The translations under genes and the position numbers were made by a program. Source: Escherichia coli (GTDB lineage: Bacteria > Pseudomonadota > Gammaproteobacteria > Enterobacterales > Enterobacteriaceae). From it: a stretch of 64,000 bases of DNA. The stretch lies in assembly GCF_965641715.1 (NCBI RefSeq), contig NZ_OZ282453.1, one strand, 5' to 3'. Below, one piece after another: positions 29,883 to 41,817 of this stretch (positions are counted from its first letter, which is position 1; every line of letters starts with the position of its first letter). The notes beneath the pieces were generated by a model. That model saw only the letters and a program-made list of their open reading frames with translations, ran no database searches and had not been told where the DNA came from.

Positions 29883-30623
29883 ATGCGTAAAATCGCATTA
29901 ATTCTTGCGATGTTGTTGATCCCGTGCGTTTCGTTTGCCGGTTTGCTGGGCAGCAGTAGCTCGACCACGCCAGTGAGCAAAGAGTATAAGCAGCAGTTGA
30001 TGGGATCCCCTGTCTACATCCAGATCTTCAAGGAAGAACGTACGCTCGATCTCTACGTCAAAATGGGCGAGCAATATCAACTGCTCGACAGCTATAAAAT
30101 CTGTAAATATTCCGGCGGCTTAGGGCCAAAACAGCGTCAGGGCGATTTCAAAAGCCCGGAAGGGTTTTATAGCGTCCAGCGTAATCAGTTAAAACCAGAC
30201 AGCCGTTACTACAAAGCGATTAATATTGGTTTCCCCAATGCCTATGACCGTGCGCATGGTTATGAAGGGAAATACCTGATGATCCACGGCGATTGTGTTT
30301 CCATCGGCTGCTACGCGATGACCAATCAGGGCATTGACGAGATTTTCCAGTTCGTTACTGGCGCACTGGTATTTGGTCAGCCGAGCGTGCAAGTGAGCAT
30401 TTACCCGTTCCGCATGACCGACGCTAATATGAAGCGCCACAAATATTCCAACTTTAAGGACTTCTGGGAGCAACTGAAGCCGGGTTACGACTACTTTGAG
30501 CAAACCCGTAAGCCACCGACCGTTTCTGTGGTCAATGGTCGTTACGTGGTCAGCAAGCCGTTAAGCCACGAAGTTGTGCAACCACAGCTGGCATCAAACT
30601 ACACGCTCCCCGAGGCAAAATAA
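29883..30623 (+). CDS. yafK: L,D-transpeptidase-like periplasmic protein
   Basis: signal peptide plus YkuD-like domain. Confidence 0.85.
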   Translation: MRKIALILAMLLIPCVSFAGLLGSSSSTTPVSKEYKQQLMGSPVYIQIFKEERTLDLYVKMGEQYQLLDSYKICKYSGGLGPKQRQGDFKSPEGFYSVQRNQLKPDSRYYKAINIGFPNAYDRAHGYEGKYLMIHGDCVSIGCYAMTNQGIDEIFQFVTGALVFGQPSVQVSIYPFRMTDANMKRHKYSNFKDFWEQLKPGYDYFEQTRKPPTVSVVNGRYVVSKPLSHEVVQPQLASNYTLPEAK

Positions 30624-31361
30624 GCGCCATTCGCCTGGCATAATTTTTTGCCAGGTTTCATTGCCCGTCAGCGGCTGTGTCGCAATCACCGTGACCACAT
30701 CATTCGGTGTGGTCTGCGAGCTGAAGTCGATTTCCACATCCTGATCCAGCAACGTTGCCACGCCAAACGGCGCGCGGCGGGTGATCCAGTGTAAATTAGT
30801 CGAGCAATACGCCATTACATAGCGCCCGTCCGAAAGCAGCATGTTGAAAACGCCCTTCGCCCGCAGTTCATCCGCCAGTGAGGCGATATATTTAAACACT
30901 GCCGCCATGTTGCCCGGCGTGCGCGGGTAACGCTGCGTTAATTTATGCAGCAGCCAGCAAAAGGCTTTTTCGCTGTCGGTTTCACCGACCGGGCGGAAGT
31001 TGCCGGTTTCCAGTGATTTGTAGCCCGTCAGTTGCCCGTTATGGGCATAAGTCCAGTTACGCCCCCATAACTCGCGGGTAAACGGGTGAGTATTTTCCAG
31101 CGCCACCTCGCCCCGATTAGCCTGGCGAATATGAGCCACCACCGAACAAGATTTTATCGGGTAGTCCTGGACCAGTTTGGCGATAGGTGAGTTAAAGCTG
31201 GGTTGCGGATCTTTAAATGTGCGACAGCCTTTACCTTCGTAAAAGGTAATGCCCCAGCCATCTTTATGTGGCCCGGTTCCACCACCACGCTGCACCAGAC
31301 CGGTGAAACTAAAGCAGATATCGGTAGGGACGTTGGCGCTCATCCCGAGCAATTCGCACAT
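30594..31361 (-). CDS. yafJ: class II glutamine amidotransferase
   Basis: [12 protein letters not shown] start with N-terminal catalytic Cys. Confidence 0.85.
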   Translation of the reverse strand: MCELLGMSANVPTDICFSFTGLVQRGGGTGPHKDGWGITFYEGKGCRTFKDPQPSFNSPIAKLVQDYPIKSCSVVAHIRQANRGEVALENTHPFTRELWGRNWTYAHNGQLTGYKSLETGNFRPVGETDSEKAFCWLLHKLTQRYPRTPGNMAAVFKYIASLADELRAKGVFNMLLSDGRYVMAYCSTNLHWITRRAPFGVATLLDQDVEIDFSSQTTPNDVVTVIATQPLTGNETWQKIMPGEWRLFCLGERVV

Positions 31362-31384
31362 GGGTAACCTCCACAACAGCGGGA

Positions 31385-31565
31385 GCGCATGGCCCCCGGC
31401 GAAGATTGATTTAAGAATTTTCAGGTCGGATGCGGCGTGAACGCATTATTCGGCCTACGGTTCGCGTACAGATTTGTAGGCATGATAAGACGCGTCAGCG
31501 TCGCATCAGGCATCAGCGCACAAATGCCGGATGCGGCGTAAACGTCTTATCCGGCCTACGCCAGA
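31385..31565. repeat. REP/BIME cluster (about 3 REP units in alternating orientation)
   Basis: gccggatgcggcgtgaacgc..., gtaggcatgataagacgcgtcagcgtcgcatcaggcat, gccggatgcggcgtaaacgtcttatccggcctacg. Confidence 0.8.
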
Positions 31566-31566
31566 C

Positions 31567-32145
31567 TTACTTAACCATCTCTTTTTCAATCAACTGGATC
31601 AGGATATGGATCACTTTAATGTGAATCTCCTGAATGCGGTCGGCATAACCAAAGTGCGGTACGCGAATTTCGATATCCGCCGTGCCAGCCATTTTGCCGC
31701 CGTCTTTACCGGTCAGGGTGATCACTTTCATTCCCTTCTCACGCGCCGCTGCGATCGCTTTGATCACGTTTGCAGAGTTACCGGAGGTGGAGATCCCCAG
31801 CAGTACATCGCCTTCGCGACCTACCGCTTCAACGTAACGGGAGAAAATATCATTGAAACCGAAATCGTTACCGACGCATGAAATATGACTAACGTCAGAA
31901 ATAGCAATCGCCGGGTAGCCCGGACGGTTTTCACGGTAGCGACCGGTCAACTCTTCGGCAAAGTGCATAGCGTCGCAATGGGAACCGCCGTTGCCGCAGG
32001 AAAGCACTTTGCCACCGGCTTTAAAGCTGTCTGCTAACAGGACCGCCGCGCGCTGAATGGCGTGAATATTGGCGTCATCTTTTAAAAAGTTAGCCAGCGT
32101 TTCCGCCGCTTCGTTCAGTTCGTTACGAATAAGATCCTGGTACAT
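31567..32145 (-). CDS. gmhA: phosphoheptose isomerase
   Basis: [20 protein letters not shown] start, SIS domain. Confidence 0.95.
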
Positions 32146-32384
32146 GAGGATATCCTTCAGCATAAATGTAATAGACAAAATGCAGTGTACCGGATACCGC
32201 CAAAAGCGAGAAGTACGGGCAGGTGCTATGACCAGGACTTTTTGACCTGAAGTGCGGATAAAAACAGCAACAATGTGAGCTTTGTTGTAATTATATTGTA
32301 AACACATTGCTAAATGTTTTTACATCCACTACAACCATATCATCACAAGTGGTCAGACCTCCTACAAGTAAGGGGCTTTTCGTT

Positions 32385-34829
32385 ATGATGATTTTGAGTA
32401 TTCTCGCTACGGTTGTCCTGCTCGGCGCGTTGTTCTATCACCGCGTGAGCTTATTTATCAGCAGTCTGATTTTGCTCGCCTGGACAGCCGCCCTCGGCGT
32501 TGCTGGTCTGTGGTCGGCGTGGGTACTGGTGCCTCTGGCCATTATCCTCGTGCCATTTAACTTTGCGCCTATGCGTAAGTCGATGATTTCCGCGCCGGTA
32601 TTTCGCGGTTTCCGTAAGGTGATGCCGCCGATGTCGCGCACTGAGAAAGAAGCGATTGATGCGGGCACCACCTGGTGGGAGGGCGACTTGTTCCAGGGCA
32701 AGCCGGACTGGAAAAAGCTGCATAACTATCCGCAGCCGCGCCTGACGGCTGAAGAGCAAGCGTTTCTCGACGGCCCGGTAGAAGAAGCCTGCCGGATGGC
32801 GAATGATTTCCAGATCACCCATGAACTGGCGGATCTGCCGCCGGAGTTGTGGGCGTACCTTAAAGAGCATCGCTTCTTCGCGATGATTATCAAAAAAGAG
32901 TACGGCGGACTGGAGTTCTCAGCTTATGCCCAGTCTCGCGTGCTGCAAAAACTCTCCGGCGTGAGCGGGATCCTGGCGATTACCGTCGGCGTGCCGAACT
33001 CATTAGGCCCGGGCGAGCTGCTGCAACATTACGGCACTGACGAGCAGAAAGATCACTATCTGCCGCGTCTGGCGCGTGGTCAGGAAATCCCTTGCTTTGC
33101 ACTAACCAGCCCGGAAGCGGGTTCCGATGCGGGCGCGATTCCGGACACCGGGATTGTCTGCATGGGCGAATGGCAGGGCCAGCAGGTGCTGGGGATGCGT
33201 CTGACCTGGAACAAACGCTACATTACGCTGGCACCGATTGCGACCGTGCTGGGTCTGGCGTTTAAACTCTCCGACCCGGAAAAATTACTCGGCGGTGCAG
33301 AAGATTTAGGCATTACCTGTGCGCTGATCCCGACCACCACGCCGGGCGTGGAAATTGGTCGTCGCCACTTCCCGCTGAACGTACCGTTCCAGAACGGACC
33401 GACGCGCGGTAAAGATGTCTTCGTGCCGATCGATTACATCATCGGCGGGCCGAAAATGGCCGGGCAAGGCTGGCGGATGCTGGTGGAGTGCCTCTCGGTA
33501 GGCCGCGGCATCACACTGCCTTCCAACTCAACCGGCGGCGTGAAATCGGTAGCGCTGGCAACCGGCGCGTATGCTCACATTCGCCGTCAGTTCAAAATCT
33601 CTATCGGTAAGATGGAAGGGATTGAAGAGCCGCTGGCGCGTATTGCCGGGAACGCTTATGTAATGGATGCTGCGGCATCGCTGATTACCTACGGCATAAT
33701 GCTCGGCGAAAAACCTGCCGTGCTGTCGGCTATCGTTAAGTATCACTGTACCCACCGCGGGCAGCAGTCGATTATTGATGCGATGGATATTACCGGCGGT
33801 AAAGGCATTATGCTCGGGCAAAGCAACTTCCTGGCGCGAGCTTACCAGGGCGCACCGATTGCCATCACCGTTGAAGGGGCCAACATTTTGACCCGCAGCA
33901 TGATGATCTTCGGGCAGGGAGCGATTCGTTGCCATCCGTATGTGCTGGAAGAGATGGAAGCGGCGAAGAACAATGACGTCAACGCGTTCGATAAACTGTT
34001 GTTCAAACATATCGGTCACGTCGGTAGCAACAAAGTTCGCAGCTTCTGGCTGGGCCTGACGCGCGGTTTAACCAGCAGCACGCCAACCGGCGATGCCACT
34101 AAACGCTACTATCAGCACCTGAACCGCCTGAGCGCCAACCTCGCCCTGCTTTCTGATGTCTCGATGGCAGTGCTGGGCGGCAGCCTGAAACGTCGTGAGC
34201 GTATCTCGGCACGTCTGGGGGATATTTTAAGCCAGCTCTACCTCGCCTCCGCCGTTCTGAAACGTTATGACGACGAAGGCCGTAATGAAGCCGACCTGCC
34301 GCTGGTGCACTGGGGCGTACAGGATGCGCTGTATCAGGCAGAACAGGCGATGGACGATTTACTGCAAAACTTCCCGAACCGCGTGGTTGCCGGGCTGCTG
34401 AATGTGGTGATCTTCCCGACCGGACGTCATTATCTGGCACCGTCTGACAAGCTGGATCATAAGGTGGCGAAGATTTTACAAGTGCCGAACGCCACTCGCT
34501 CACGTATTGGTCGGGGTCAGTACCTGACGCCGAGCGAGCATAATCCGGTTGGTTTACTGGAAGAGGCGTTGGTGGATGTGATTGCCGCCGACCCGATTCA
34601 TCAGCGGATCTGTAAAGAGCTGGGTAAAAATCTGCCATTTACCCGTCTGGATGAACTGGCGCACAACGCGCTGGCGAAGGGGCTGATTGATAAAGATGAA
34701 GCCGCTATTCTGGTGAAAGCGGAAGAAAGCCGTCTGCGCAGTATTAACGTTGATGACTTTGATCCGGAAGAGCTGGCGACGAAGCCGGTAAAGTTGCCGG
34801 AGAAAGTGCGGAAAGTTGAAGCCGCGTAA
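32385..34829 (+). CDS. fadE: acyl-CoA dehydrogenase FadE
   Basis: [14 protein letters not shown] start; 814 aa. Confidence 0.95.
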   Translation: MMILSILATVVLLGALFYHRVSLFISSLILLAWTAALGVAGLWSAWVLVPLAIILVPFNFAPMRKSMISAPVFRGFRKVMPPMSRTEKEAIDAGTTWWEGDLFQGKPDWKKLHNYPQPRLTAEEQAFLDGPVEEACRMANDFQITHELADLPPELWAYLKEHRFFAMIIKKEYGGLEFSAYAQSRVLQKLSGVSGILAITVGVPNSLGPGELLQHYGTDEQKDHYLPRLARGQEIPCFALTSPEAGSDAGAIPDTGIVCMGEWQGQQVLGMRLTWNKRYITLAPIATVLGLAFKLSDPEKLLGGAEDLGITCALIPTTTPGVEIGRRHFPLNVPFQNGPTRGKDVFVPIDYIIGGPKMAGQGWRMLVECLSVGRGITLPSNSTGGVKSVALATGAYAHIRRQFKISIGKMEGIEEPLARIAGNAYVMDAAASLITYGIMLGEKPAVLSAIVKYHCTHRGQQSIIDAMDITGGKGIMLGQSNFLARAYQGAPIAITVEGANILTRSMMIFGQGAIRCHPYVLEEMEAAKNNDVNAFDKLLFKHIGHVGSNKVRSFWLGLTRGLTSSTPTGDATKRYYQHLNRLSANLALLSDVSMAVLGGSLKRRERISARLGDILSQLYLASAVLKRYDDEGRNEADLPLVHWGVQDALYQAEQAMDDLLQNFPNRVVAGLLNVVIFPTGRHYLAPSDKLDHKVAKILQVPNATRSRIGRGQYLTPSEHNPVGLLEEALVDVIAADPIHQRICKELGKNLPFTRLDELAHNALAKGLIDKDEAAILVKAEESRLRSINVDDFDPEELATKPVKLPEKVRKVEAA

Positions 34830-34838
34830 TTGAATAAC

Positions 34839-34862
34839 GGAGCCGAAAGGCTCCGTTTCTTT
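34839..34862. terminator. bidirectional hairpin terminator between fadE and ivy
   Basis: ggagccgaaaggctcc followed by gtttcttt. Confidence 0.6.
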
Positions 34863-34871
34863 ATCCGCTAA

Positions 34872-35345
34872 TTATTTAAAATTAAAGCCATCCGGATGGT
34901 TTTCCAGGCTGCCGGTCAACGCCGCGAACAGCACCGTTTTACCATCAATCGAAAGCGCATCGTTCACATTCAGCCAGGTGAGTTTCTCTTGCGACGTTTT
35001 CTCATCAATAGTCGAGAACAGCCCCGTCATCTGATTAGATTTCTCGGACCACATCACAGCGATACGTTGCGAGCCACAGTCATGCGGTTTGCACGCGCTC
35101 ATCACCTGATACGTCTCATCTCCCAACGTTACGGTTTGTGCGGGAGTATAAGTACCGCCTTTCATCACCCATGCAGGTAGCTTATGCCCTTGCACCATCT
35201 GATTAAACGCAGCTTTGGTGGTTTCGCCCTTTGCCAGGCTGCTAATGGTTAAATCATCCTGCGCCATTGCACTGGTGGCGATGACCAGAGCGGCGACTGT
35301 CGTTATTGCCTTAAACATCATTCCTCCCGAGCTTATCCTGCCCAT
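34872..35345 (-). CDS. ivy: inhibitor of vertebrate lysozyme
   Basis: 157 aa with signal peptide and CKPHDCG loop. Confidence 0.9.
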   Translation of the reverse strand: MGRISSGGMMFKAITTVAALVIATSAMAQDDLTISSLAKGETTKAAFNQMVQGHKLPAWVMKGGTYTPAQTVTLGDETYQVMSACKPHDCGSQRIAVMWSEKSNQMTGLFSTIDEKTSQEKLTWLNVNDALSIDGKTVLFAALTGSLENHPDGFNFK

Positions 35346-35498
35346 GTTATTAACCTCCTAAAGCCTGGCGATAACACGATAATTTGCAAATCAGATATTT
35401 CCAATATCAGCATTTGTTATCAATTTATTCTGCGCTAAGGCAACTGCCTGATAAGGTGTTAAAGTTATAAAACCCTTCGCATAAAGGAGTTGTACACC

Positions 35499-36269
35499 GT
35501 GCCTGGTTTGAAGATTACGCTTTTGCAGCAACCACTGGTGTGGATGGATGGTCCTGCCAACCTGCGCCATTTTGATCGTCAACTGGAAGGTATTACCGGG
35601 CGCGATGTGATCGTTCTACCGGAGATGTTTACCAGCGGCTTTGCCATGGAAGCGGCAGCTTCGTCGCTAGCGCAAGATGACGTAGTGAACTGGATGACAG
35701 CTAAAGCGCAGCAGTGCAATGCGCTGATTGCAGGCAGTGTTGCATTACAAACGGAGTCTGGTTCTGTTAACCGCTTTTTGCTGGTTGAGCCGGGCGGCAC
35801 GGTACATTTTTATGATAAGCGTCATCTGTTCCGCATGGCAGATGAGCATCTACATTATAAACCGGGCAATGCGCGAGTGATTGTGGAATGGCGCGGCTGG
35901 CGTATTTTGCCGCTGGTGTGCTACGACTTACGTTTTCCTGTGTGGTCGCGCAATCTCAACGATTATGACCTCGCCCTGTACGTCGCCAACTGGCCTGCTC
36001 CGCGCTCTCTGCACTGGCAGGCATTGCTGACGGCCCGCGCGATTGAGAATCAGGCGTATGTGGCGGGATGCAATCGCGTCGGCAGCGATGGCAACGGCTG
36101 CCATTATCGCGGTGACAGCCGGGTGATTAATCCACAAGGCGAGATTATCGCTACTGCCGACGCGCATCAGGCAACGCGCATTGATGCGGAGCTGTCGATG
36201 GTGGCATTGCGGGAATATAGAGAAAAGTTTCCGGCATGGCGGGATGCGGATGAGTTTAGGTTGTGGTGA
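35499..36269 (+). CDS. yafV: nitrilase-superfamily omega-amidase
   Basis: GTG start [19 protein letters not shown]. Confidence 0.85.
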   Translation: MPGLKITLLQQPLVWMDGPANLRHFDRQLEGITGRDVIVLPEMFTSGFAMEAAASSLAQDDVVNWMTAKAQQCNALIAGSVALQTESGSVNRFLLVEPGGTVHFYDKRHLFRMADEHLHYKPGNARVIVEWRGWRILPLVCYDLRFPVWSRNLNDYDLALYVANWPAPRSLHWQALLTARAIENQAYVAGCNRVGSDGNGCHYRGDSRVINPQGEIIATADAHQATRIDAELSMVALREYREKFPAWRDADEFRLW

Positions 36270-36289
36270 GTGGGTGTTGTGTTTAGGGC

Positions 36290-36480
36290 AGGGGAGAGTC
36301 GGGGAAGACTACGAAAGCCCGCTCTCCTGCGACCACTTTTATCATAGGAGTGTGGAAGTGCTTTACCATCAATCGCGATGACGTCTTTGTCATTTGATGA
36401 ATGGCAGTCACGCATCCAGTTAATAAAGCACTCGTGAAATTATACTGAACGGATACAAGACATAACTCTAATTATGGTGT
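36290..36480 (-). mobile_element. ISAs1-family (H-repeat) transposase fragment, copy B
   Basis: minus-strand [28 protein letters not shown]; homologous to 38230-38430. Confidence 0.6.
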
Positions 36481-36539
36481 CGTGAACAGGATTACCATTT
36501 TCAAAATTACAATATTATTTGCAGTAATTATGTTATTAA

Positions 36540-37052
36540 TCATTGTGATATTTCCATCTCTGTGATTAATACCGGATAAGCATTTAATTGCAGAGTTTGC
36601 ACGAAATTATCGCAGATAACTGGCAATAACAATAACCCATCAGCCCGCTGCTGTAATACCTCCATTCGTTCTACTGATTCAACATTAACAACCAAACCAA
36701 GGGCATTTAGCGATTTAAGGATCTCCAGATGTTCACTCATCCAGCGCAGAGAAAAAGGATCATCACCAATTATAAAAACAGGCCCCCAGCCGGTTAATAA
36801 CTGGCGTTTCATTACGGAACCAGGATGAAGTCGAGTACATATTACAGGAAATACCCCCTGTTGCGATGGTTCCGATGATGTGGATAATTCAGAAATATTT
36901 TCCATTGTTAGTGAAGAATTAACATGCATTAATAATGGTGAAACAACCTCACTTTCCTTGCTAGTAATGGCTGCACTAATCTGAAAGGAAAATAACAATA
37001 TTATTACGTATAAACTCATTTTTAACATAACACATTCAATCCGTTTATTCAT
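36540..37052 (-). CDS. hypothetical secreted protein (signal peptide), unknown function
   Basis: hydrophobic N-terminus LYVIILLFSFQISAA; AT-rich; between ISAs1 fragments. Confidence 0.4.
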   Translation of the reverse strand: MNKRIECVMLKMSLYVIILLFSFQISAAITSKESEVVSPLLMHVNSSLTMENISELSTSSEPSQQGVFPVICTRLHPGSVMKRQLLTGWGPVFIIGDDPFSLRWMSEHLEILKSLNALGLVVNVESVERMEVLQQRADGLLLLPVICDNFVQTLQLNAYPVLITEMEISQ

Positions 37053-37118
37053 GTTATAGAATAATGATGCTATAAATCATCATTAATGTTCAATTATTTA
37101 ATCACACAATTTAAAAAA

Positions 37119-37622
37119 TCATTGACCAATGTGAATTGGCAATGTACCACTCAAGTTAAAATCACTGAATATTTTATCAATTTCTCTTGCAGTTTCTATA
37201 TATTTAACCTCTTTCGTACTTGCATTATAAATAGCCCAAGCCTCGGGATGGGATGTTCCACCAAACCTTACAAAAAAACTTGATTTCATATTATTATATA
37301 AATTAACATCAGGAAAAGGATCTTCTCCAAAATTAGTAGTATTGAATAATGAAAGTTCGTATCGCTTAGAAAATTCTGTTGGTAGGATAGCTTCACTGCC
37401 ATCAATAGCATTCATCCAGAGTTTGTTACCATTATATTCCAACAATAATCTCTGTTTTGCATGTGTCTTATCTCGTTCTTTAACGACAGCGAATACCTTT
37501 TTAACAACTTGCTGTGCGGATGGTCCTATTGTATTACCAAAAGCTGGCAACCCGATTTTGCCATAAACACTCTCCTGAATGAAATAAATATCCGTTTTAT
37601 CGGCCTCGACAATATCTACCAT
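37119..37622 (-). CDS. hypothetical protein, unknown function (possible orphan immunity protein)
   Basis: AT-rich 167-aa ORF between ISAs1 fragments. Confidence 0.35.
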   Translation of the reverse strand: MVDIVEADKTDIYFIQESVYGKIGLPAFGNTIGPSAQQVVKKVFAVVKERDKTHAKQRLLLEYNGNKLWMNAIDGSEAILPTEFSKRYELSLFNTTNFGEDPFPDVNLYNNMKSSFFVRFGGTSHPEAWAIYNASTKEVKYIETAREIDKIFSDFNLSGTLPIHIGQ

Positions 37623-37850
37623 TTATCCCTCCAAACAAGACCTGACTCCAGGACAAGAGCATAGTGTGTAGTAAACACTTCATGCTCTTGCCCTGACCAT
37701 TGAAATAACAACTTTCGTTTGTTTACTGTACGCTGTCTAAATAGCTGCGTGGAATAAAGTTGCACTTTTTATCATCCCTTGCAGAACAAGATTACGAAAG
37801 CCCGCCCCCGCAAGGACTGACGCGAGGTAGTCTCTGTCCGCAGCTGCTTT

Positions 37851-38430
37851 TCACATCTTACATCTTGCCCCTGCCTTGATTATCTTATCTTTCGTTAAAA
37901 TATTAATAGCGATCTTCCGTATCCCTGAAAATAATTCTGCTGCATTTCCTCTTCTTATTTTGAAGTCGTCTTTATTCATTACCACGTCCAGATGCCAGTG
38001 CAATTTATTCTCCACTTGCCAGTGATTTCGGTTCGCTGTGGCGAACTTCTCTGCGGTTAAATCAGCAGAAATGCTATAATATCTGACCGTCATTTCGGGA
38101 TTTTTCTTTTGTTCTGCTATTATTGAGCGAAATGAGACTGCCATGCATAATTTCTTCAGCCCTTTCCATTCAAACGTAAAATCAATAAATTCATCAGAGA
38201 CATGCAAACAATATGAAGACGGGTTTTAATGACATAAATTGCTCCCTTGTGACGACTTTTATCATAAGAGTGCCGGAGCGTTTTTCCATCAATTGTAATG
38301 ACGTCTTTATCATCTGAAGAATGACAGTCACGCATCCAGTTAATAAAGCACTCATGAAATTTTTCAGGACTGATACAGGATACAACTCTGGCAATGATAT
38401 CGTGAACAGGAATACCATTTTCAAAATCAC
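37851..38430 (-). mobile_element. ISAs1-family (H-repeat) transposase remnant, copy A (internally deleted/frameshifted)
   Basis: C-terminal part intact (ORF 37851..38207); N-terminal part ([23 protein letters not shown]) in another frame at 38230-38430. Confidence 0.7.
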
Positions 38431-38772
38431 CATATCACTTCAAAAAATCGGGATGTGTTTCCCCAAATCCTCTATATCTTCCCAGCATTATGCACCAGAA
38501 ATAACGGCGCAAATAGTTAACAGATAGAATATCTGGCAATTTATGTTCCACTTTCCAGGCTTGCCTGTAATCGGGGATAATAGAAATATGTTCCATCAAT
38601 TTTTTAAGTTCCATTTTGCCCCCCTTAATTATGCAATGAGTATTTGATCATGTATAAGCAATGAAAAACAGCTTTAGGTAATAAGGAACACCTCAATTAT
38701 TGAACATAAAATGCGAATTATTTAGTACAAAAAAAGCAGCATTACGTGATTTTTCCCTGGGAGTACAGTGTG

Positions 38773-38824
38773 AAGTTTCCGGCATGGCGGGATGCGGATG
38801 GGTTTGAACTGGGGTGATTAGGCA
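38773..38824. repeat. Imperfect duplicate of the yafV 3' end (matches 36225..36276)
   Basis: 28-bp exact core aagtttccggcatggcgggatgcggatg plus diverged flank. Confidence 0.6.
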
Positions 38825-38871
38825 CTACATGTCTACATTTTCCCGGTCACCACCCCCTCAATCTTATGAAC

Positions 38872-40965
38872 TTAACCTCGGCTCACCGTTTTCGATTCCA
38901 TCCAATAAATGACCCGGTTGGATGTGGGCTGATCGCCAACAACTTTGCCATCTGCAGAGATTAGCTTCAGCTCTTTATTAGCCTCATCACCGAAGTAAAT
39001 CATGCGGTAGCGAAAATAACCGCCCCAGGGTTCGCGTCCACCCAGCGAACTTTGCATAAACCAGGCGCGGGAGTCGTGAACCTGGTCATCATAGAGAGCC
39101 AGTAATTCAGCGCAGGGCTGAGTACGCGTTCCCGTTCCCAGTGAATCAATAAAAAATTGTGGATAGAGTCCGTCTCCCATAGCCTTAATTTGCTGATATT
39201 CTTTTGCTTCATCATCGCCATTAATCAGATACACCGGATATTTAGGAATGACATCCACAAGAATCTGAATGGCTTTCTCCATGACGCTGCCGTTAATATC
39301 GCGCGTCCATCCTTTATAATCGCTCTGAAATTCTCGGGCTGCCTCTCGCAACTGATACTGAGCATTGGTTGGGTCAAGGATAGGAATGCCCTGATTACTT
39401 TCATCAAGTGTGCCATTCCCTTTCTGCTTGTTCGCCCGCTCTTTTTCAATATTTTCCATTTGTTCTTTACGCGCTTTAGCCTCTTTATCAAGTCCATCTT
39501 TATCCAGCTGTGGCGCCTTAATATAAAAAGGTTGCACAAGAAGGCTGTTATTCGCATAGCGACCGATACGCCAGGCGGTGATCCAGCCGATCTGATCGCT
39601 AATTGCGCTTTCAAGAACCTGGGCAAGTTGATAGGAGTGATAATCTTCCCTCGTATCAATCATTTCTTCTGTACCCTGCAAGGTGGTGTTCAGCAGCGTT
39701 TGTCGCCAGATGTTGAAGCGTTTTGTTAATGAATTAGCAATCGTAAATTCCTTTACGCTAGAAGGACTCATAATTCGCAGAGGCGACACACCTTTTATTA
39801 ATGGAGTAACAAATTTAGAATAAACAGCAAGTGGTGCTCCTGAATCAAATGCAGCAAGATACATATCATGCAGTGCTATCTGAGAAAGAATTTCGCCTGA
39901 GTCACCACAGGACTTCCCCTGATCGCGAACGGGATAGCCACCACCGACATCAGAGTGCATCCCCGGATAGATAATTTCCTCTGCATTTAAAGGATAATTT
40001 CCGTCTGGACGACGGATTGAATCCAGCGGAAAGCACAGCCGCTGCTCATGCGCGGCAACGAAGTGGCGGCAGCATTTAATCAGGCCGGGAAACTGCCTCT
40101 CATCAGGGAGTTGCTGAGTACTATCGGCCCATCCCATATGACCGGCAGCGCCCGGTAAAACATGCGCCGCCCCCACAGAAGCTACGGTATCCAGCAGCCC
40201 CAAAAACTCAATACTGACAGCTAACCCGGCCAGCATCACCTGTTGCTCCTGCGGGCAAGCTAACTGAGTCAACCAGTTAACAAAAGTTCGTGCTTCCGCT
40301 GCGCCACGGGAAAATCCGTAGATAAACAGCTTTACGTTTAGCAGGCGCGGACTGGCTTGCTCTAACAGTCCCTGTAATTTTTCCAGGTAGGGGTTAATCA
40401 CATTGCGACGATTCACTTCACCAGTCATAGGCCAGGGAGCGCGCATAAGAGGAATGTGCTCTTTTGCCACATTATCATCCAGTCGCTTATGGGAAGGGTC
40501 AATGGAATAGCTCAGGGCATCCACGAGGCGTAATAATGCCCAATTAATTCGATCTTCACCACCAGTAGCGAACTCCAGCCCGCTGTTGCTGTAATCCATT
40601 TCACCTATCTTGGGAAATGGTGTGCCTACACCCGGTATATAGTAGTTAAAATATCCCTGTTCTTCTGCGTTCTGATAGGTCGTATGAAACAGTTTGGCAA
40701 TATTGATTGGGTGTCCAGGAGTGTCATTATATTCATTATTATTTGTACCATCAAAAAACAGACTAATATGCAGACTTTGATTACACGTAAAGCCAATTCT
40801 AAATCCAGCCTGTTTACTACAGTTGGTTTTGTGCTCTTCTGTTTTATTGATTTGTTTTAGGTAGTTCGCGTTTACCTGCGCTTCAGATAATATTAATCGC
40901 CCATTTTCAGGAAACGCTGGGGGGGCATAACACGGAAAAGCCAGACCACTTATTTCGCTGGACAT
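38872..40965 (-). CDS. tle1: T6SS phospholipase effector, Tle1 family
   Basis: 697 aa; lipase motif GFSRGA (GxSxG); sits after adaptor gene in vgrG island. Confidence 0.7.
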   Translation of the reverse strand: MSSEISGLAFPCYAPPAFPENGRLILSEAQVNANYLKQINKTEEHKTNCSKQAGFRIGFTCNQSLHISLFFDGTNNNEYNDTPGHPINIAKLFHTTYQNAEEQGYFNYYIPGVGTPFPKIGEMDYSNSGLEFATGGEDRINWALLRLVDALSYSIDPSHKRLDDNVAKEHIPLMRAPWPMTGEVNRRNVINPYLEKLQGLLEQASPRLLNVKLFIYGFSRGAAEARTFVNWLTQLACPQEQQVMLAGLAVSIEFLGLLDTVASVGAAHVLPGAAGHMGWADSTQQLPDERQFPGLIKCCRHFVAAHEQRLCFPLDSIRRPDGNYPLNAEEIIYPGMHSDVGGGYPVRDQGKSCGDSGEILSQIALHDMYLAAFDSGAPLAVYSKFVTPLIKGVSPLRIMSPSSVKEFTIANSLTKRFNIWRQTLLNTTLQGTEEMIDTREDYHSYQLAQVLESAISDQIGWITAWRIGRYANNSLLVQPFYIKAPQLDKDGLDKEAKARKEQMENIEKERANKQKGNGTLDESNQGIPILDPTNAQYQLREAAREFQSDYKGWTRDINGSVMEKAIQILVDVIPKYPVYLINGDDEAKEYQQIKAMGDGLYPQFFIDSLGTGTRTQPCAELLALYDDQVHDSRAWFMQSSLGGREPWGGYFRYRMIYFGDEANKELKLISADGKVVGDQPTSNRVIYWMESKTVSRG

Positions 40966-41504
40966 GTTGCTGGTTCCTTCATCTCGCGGGGTTCTTTGAT
41001 GGGATAATTCGGTGTGCCATACTTCTGGCAGACGGTTGTCACTTTAATCTGATTACACGTTAGAAAATGAACGGTCAGGCCACAAAGCTCAGCATCGTAT
41101 TCCGGGATATCAACAATTGCGGTATGTTGAATGTAACTTTCTTTTAGTTTTTTCTCCCAGGCCTGATATTTATCCCAATCCTTATAGAGTGGTGGCGGAG
41201 GTACTGTATTTGGGGTAATTTCCCATTCAACCTGGGCTTTTAATCCAGAATGCCACTTATCTGGCAGCATAACGCAACAATATCCTCCACCGTCTCCGAA
41301 TGGACCAATATTTGGTCCGCCGTAACCATTGATGTGTATATAATTTATATCCTTATCCGTATGATTTATCCCATTAATATCCACAGCAGTGTAATCACCG
41401 CTATTTTTTGCCATTGAACAGCCTGATACTGCAAATAAAATCATTAGAGAATAACATTTGAAAATCGTTCTCATACTGATACTTTTCCTTATTTTGCTGG
41501 ACAT
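40950..41504 (-). CDS. lipoprotein, candidate Tle1 immunity protein
   Basis: lipobox LFAVSGC; overlaps tle1 start by 16 nt. Confidence 0.4.
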   Translation of the reverse strand: MSSKIRKSISMRTIFKCYSLMILFAVSGCSMAKNSGDYTAVDINGINHTDKDINYIHINGYGGPNIGPFGDGGGYCCVMLPDKWHSGLKAQVEWEITPNTVPPPPLYKDWDKYQAWEKKLKESYIQHTAIVDIPEYDAELCGLTVHFLTCNQIKVTTVCQKYGTPNYPIKEPREMKEPATCPAK

Positions 41505-41817
41505 GTTGCTGGTTCTTTTACTTTGAGAGATTTTAATTGATGGGTATTGTTTCTACGACAATAAAGTTTTGACAAAGAAGCAAATAAAATGCATATCTTT
41601 CGATTGTCACACATTGGAATATCGACAGAGCATTGATGATATTACGCAAAATATATTGCAGCCAAGTGAACTGACATTACGATCGAACACAAATGCAACA
41701 TGATGGATACTACCATTACATGTCGAGCTTGATTTTCCGTTTATTTCACGATTATCTCTTGATATTAACAGCTACGGACTTTTAAACAGATAAATCTCCC
41801 CGTACATCACCACAATA

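Noticed and set aside
36167-36415. 82-aa ORF apparently overlapping the yafV 3' end
   Set aside because: Only its upstream part is real ISAs1-transposase sequence (counted as the 36290..36480 fragment); the rest is read-through into yafV on the opposite strand
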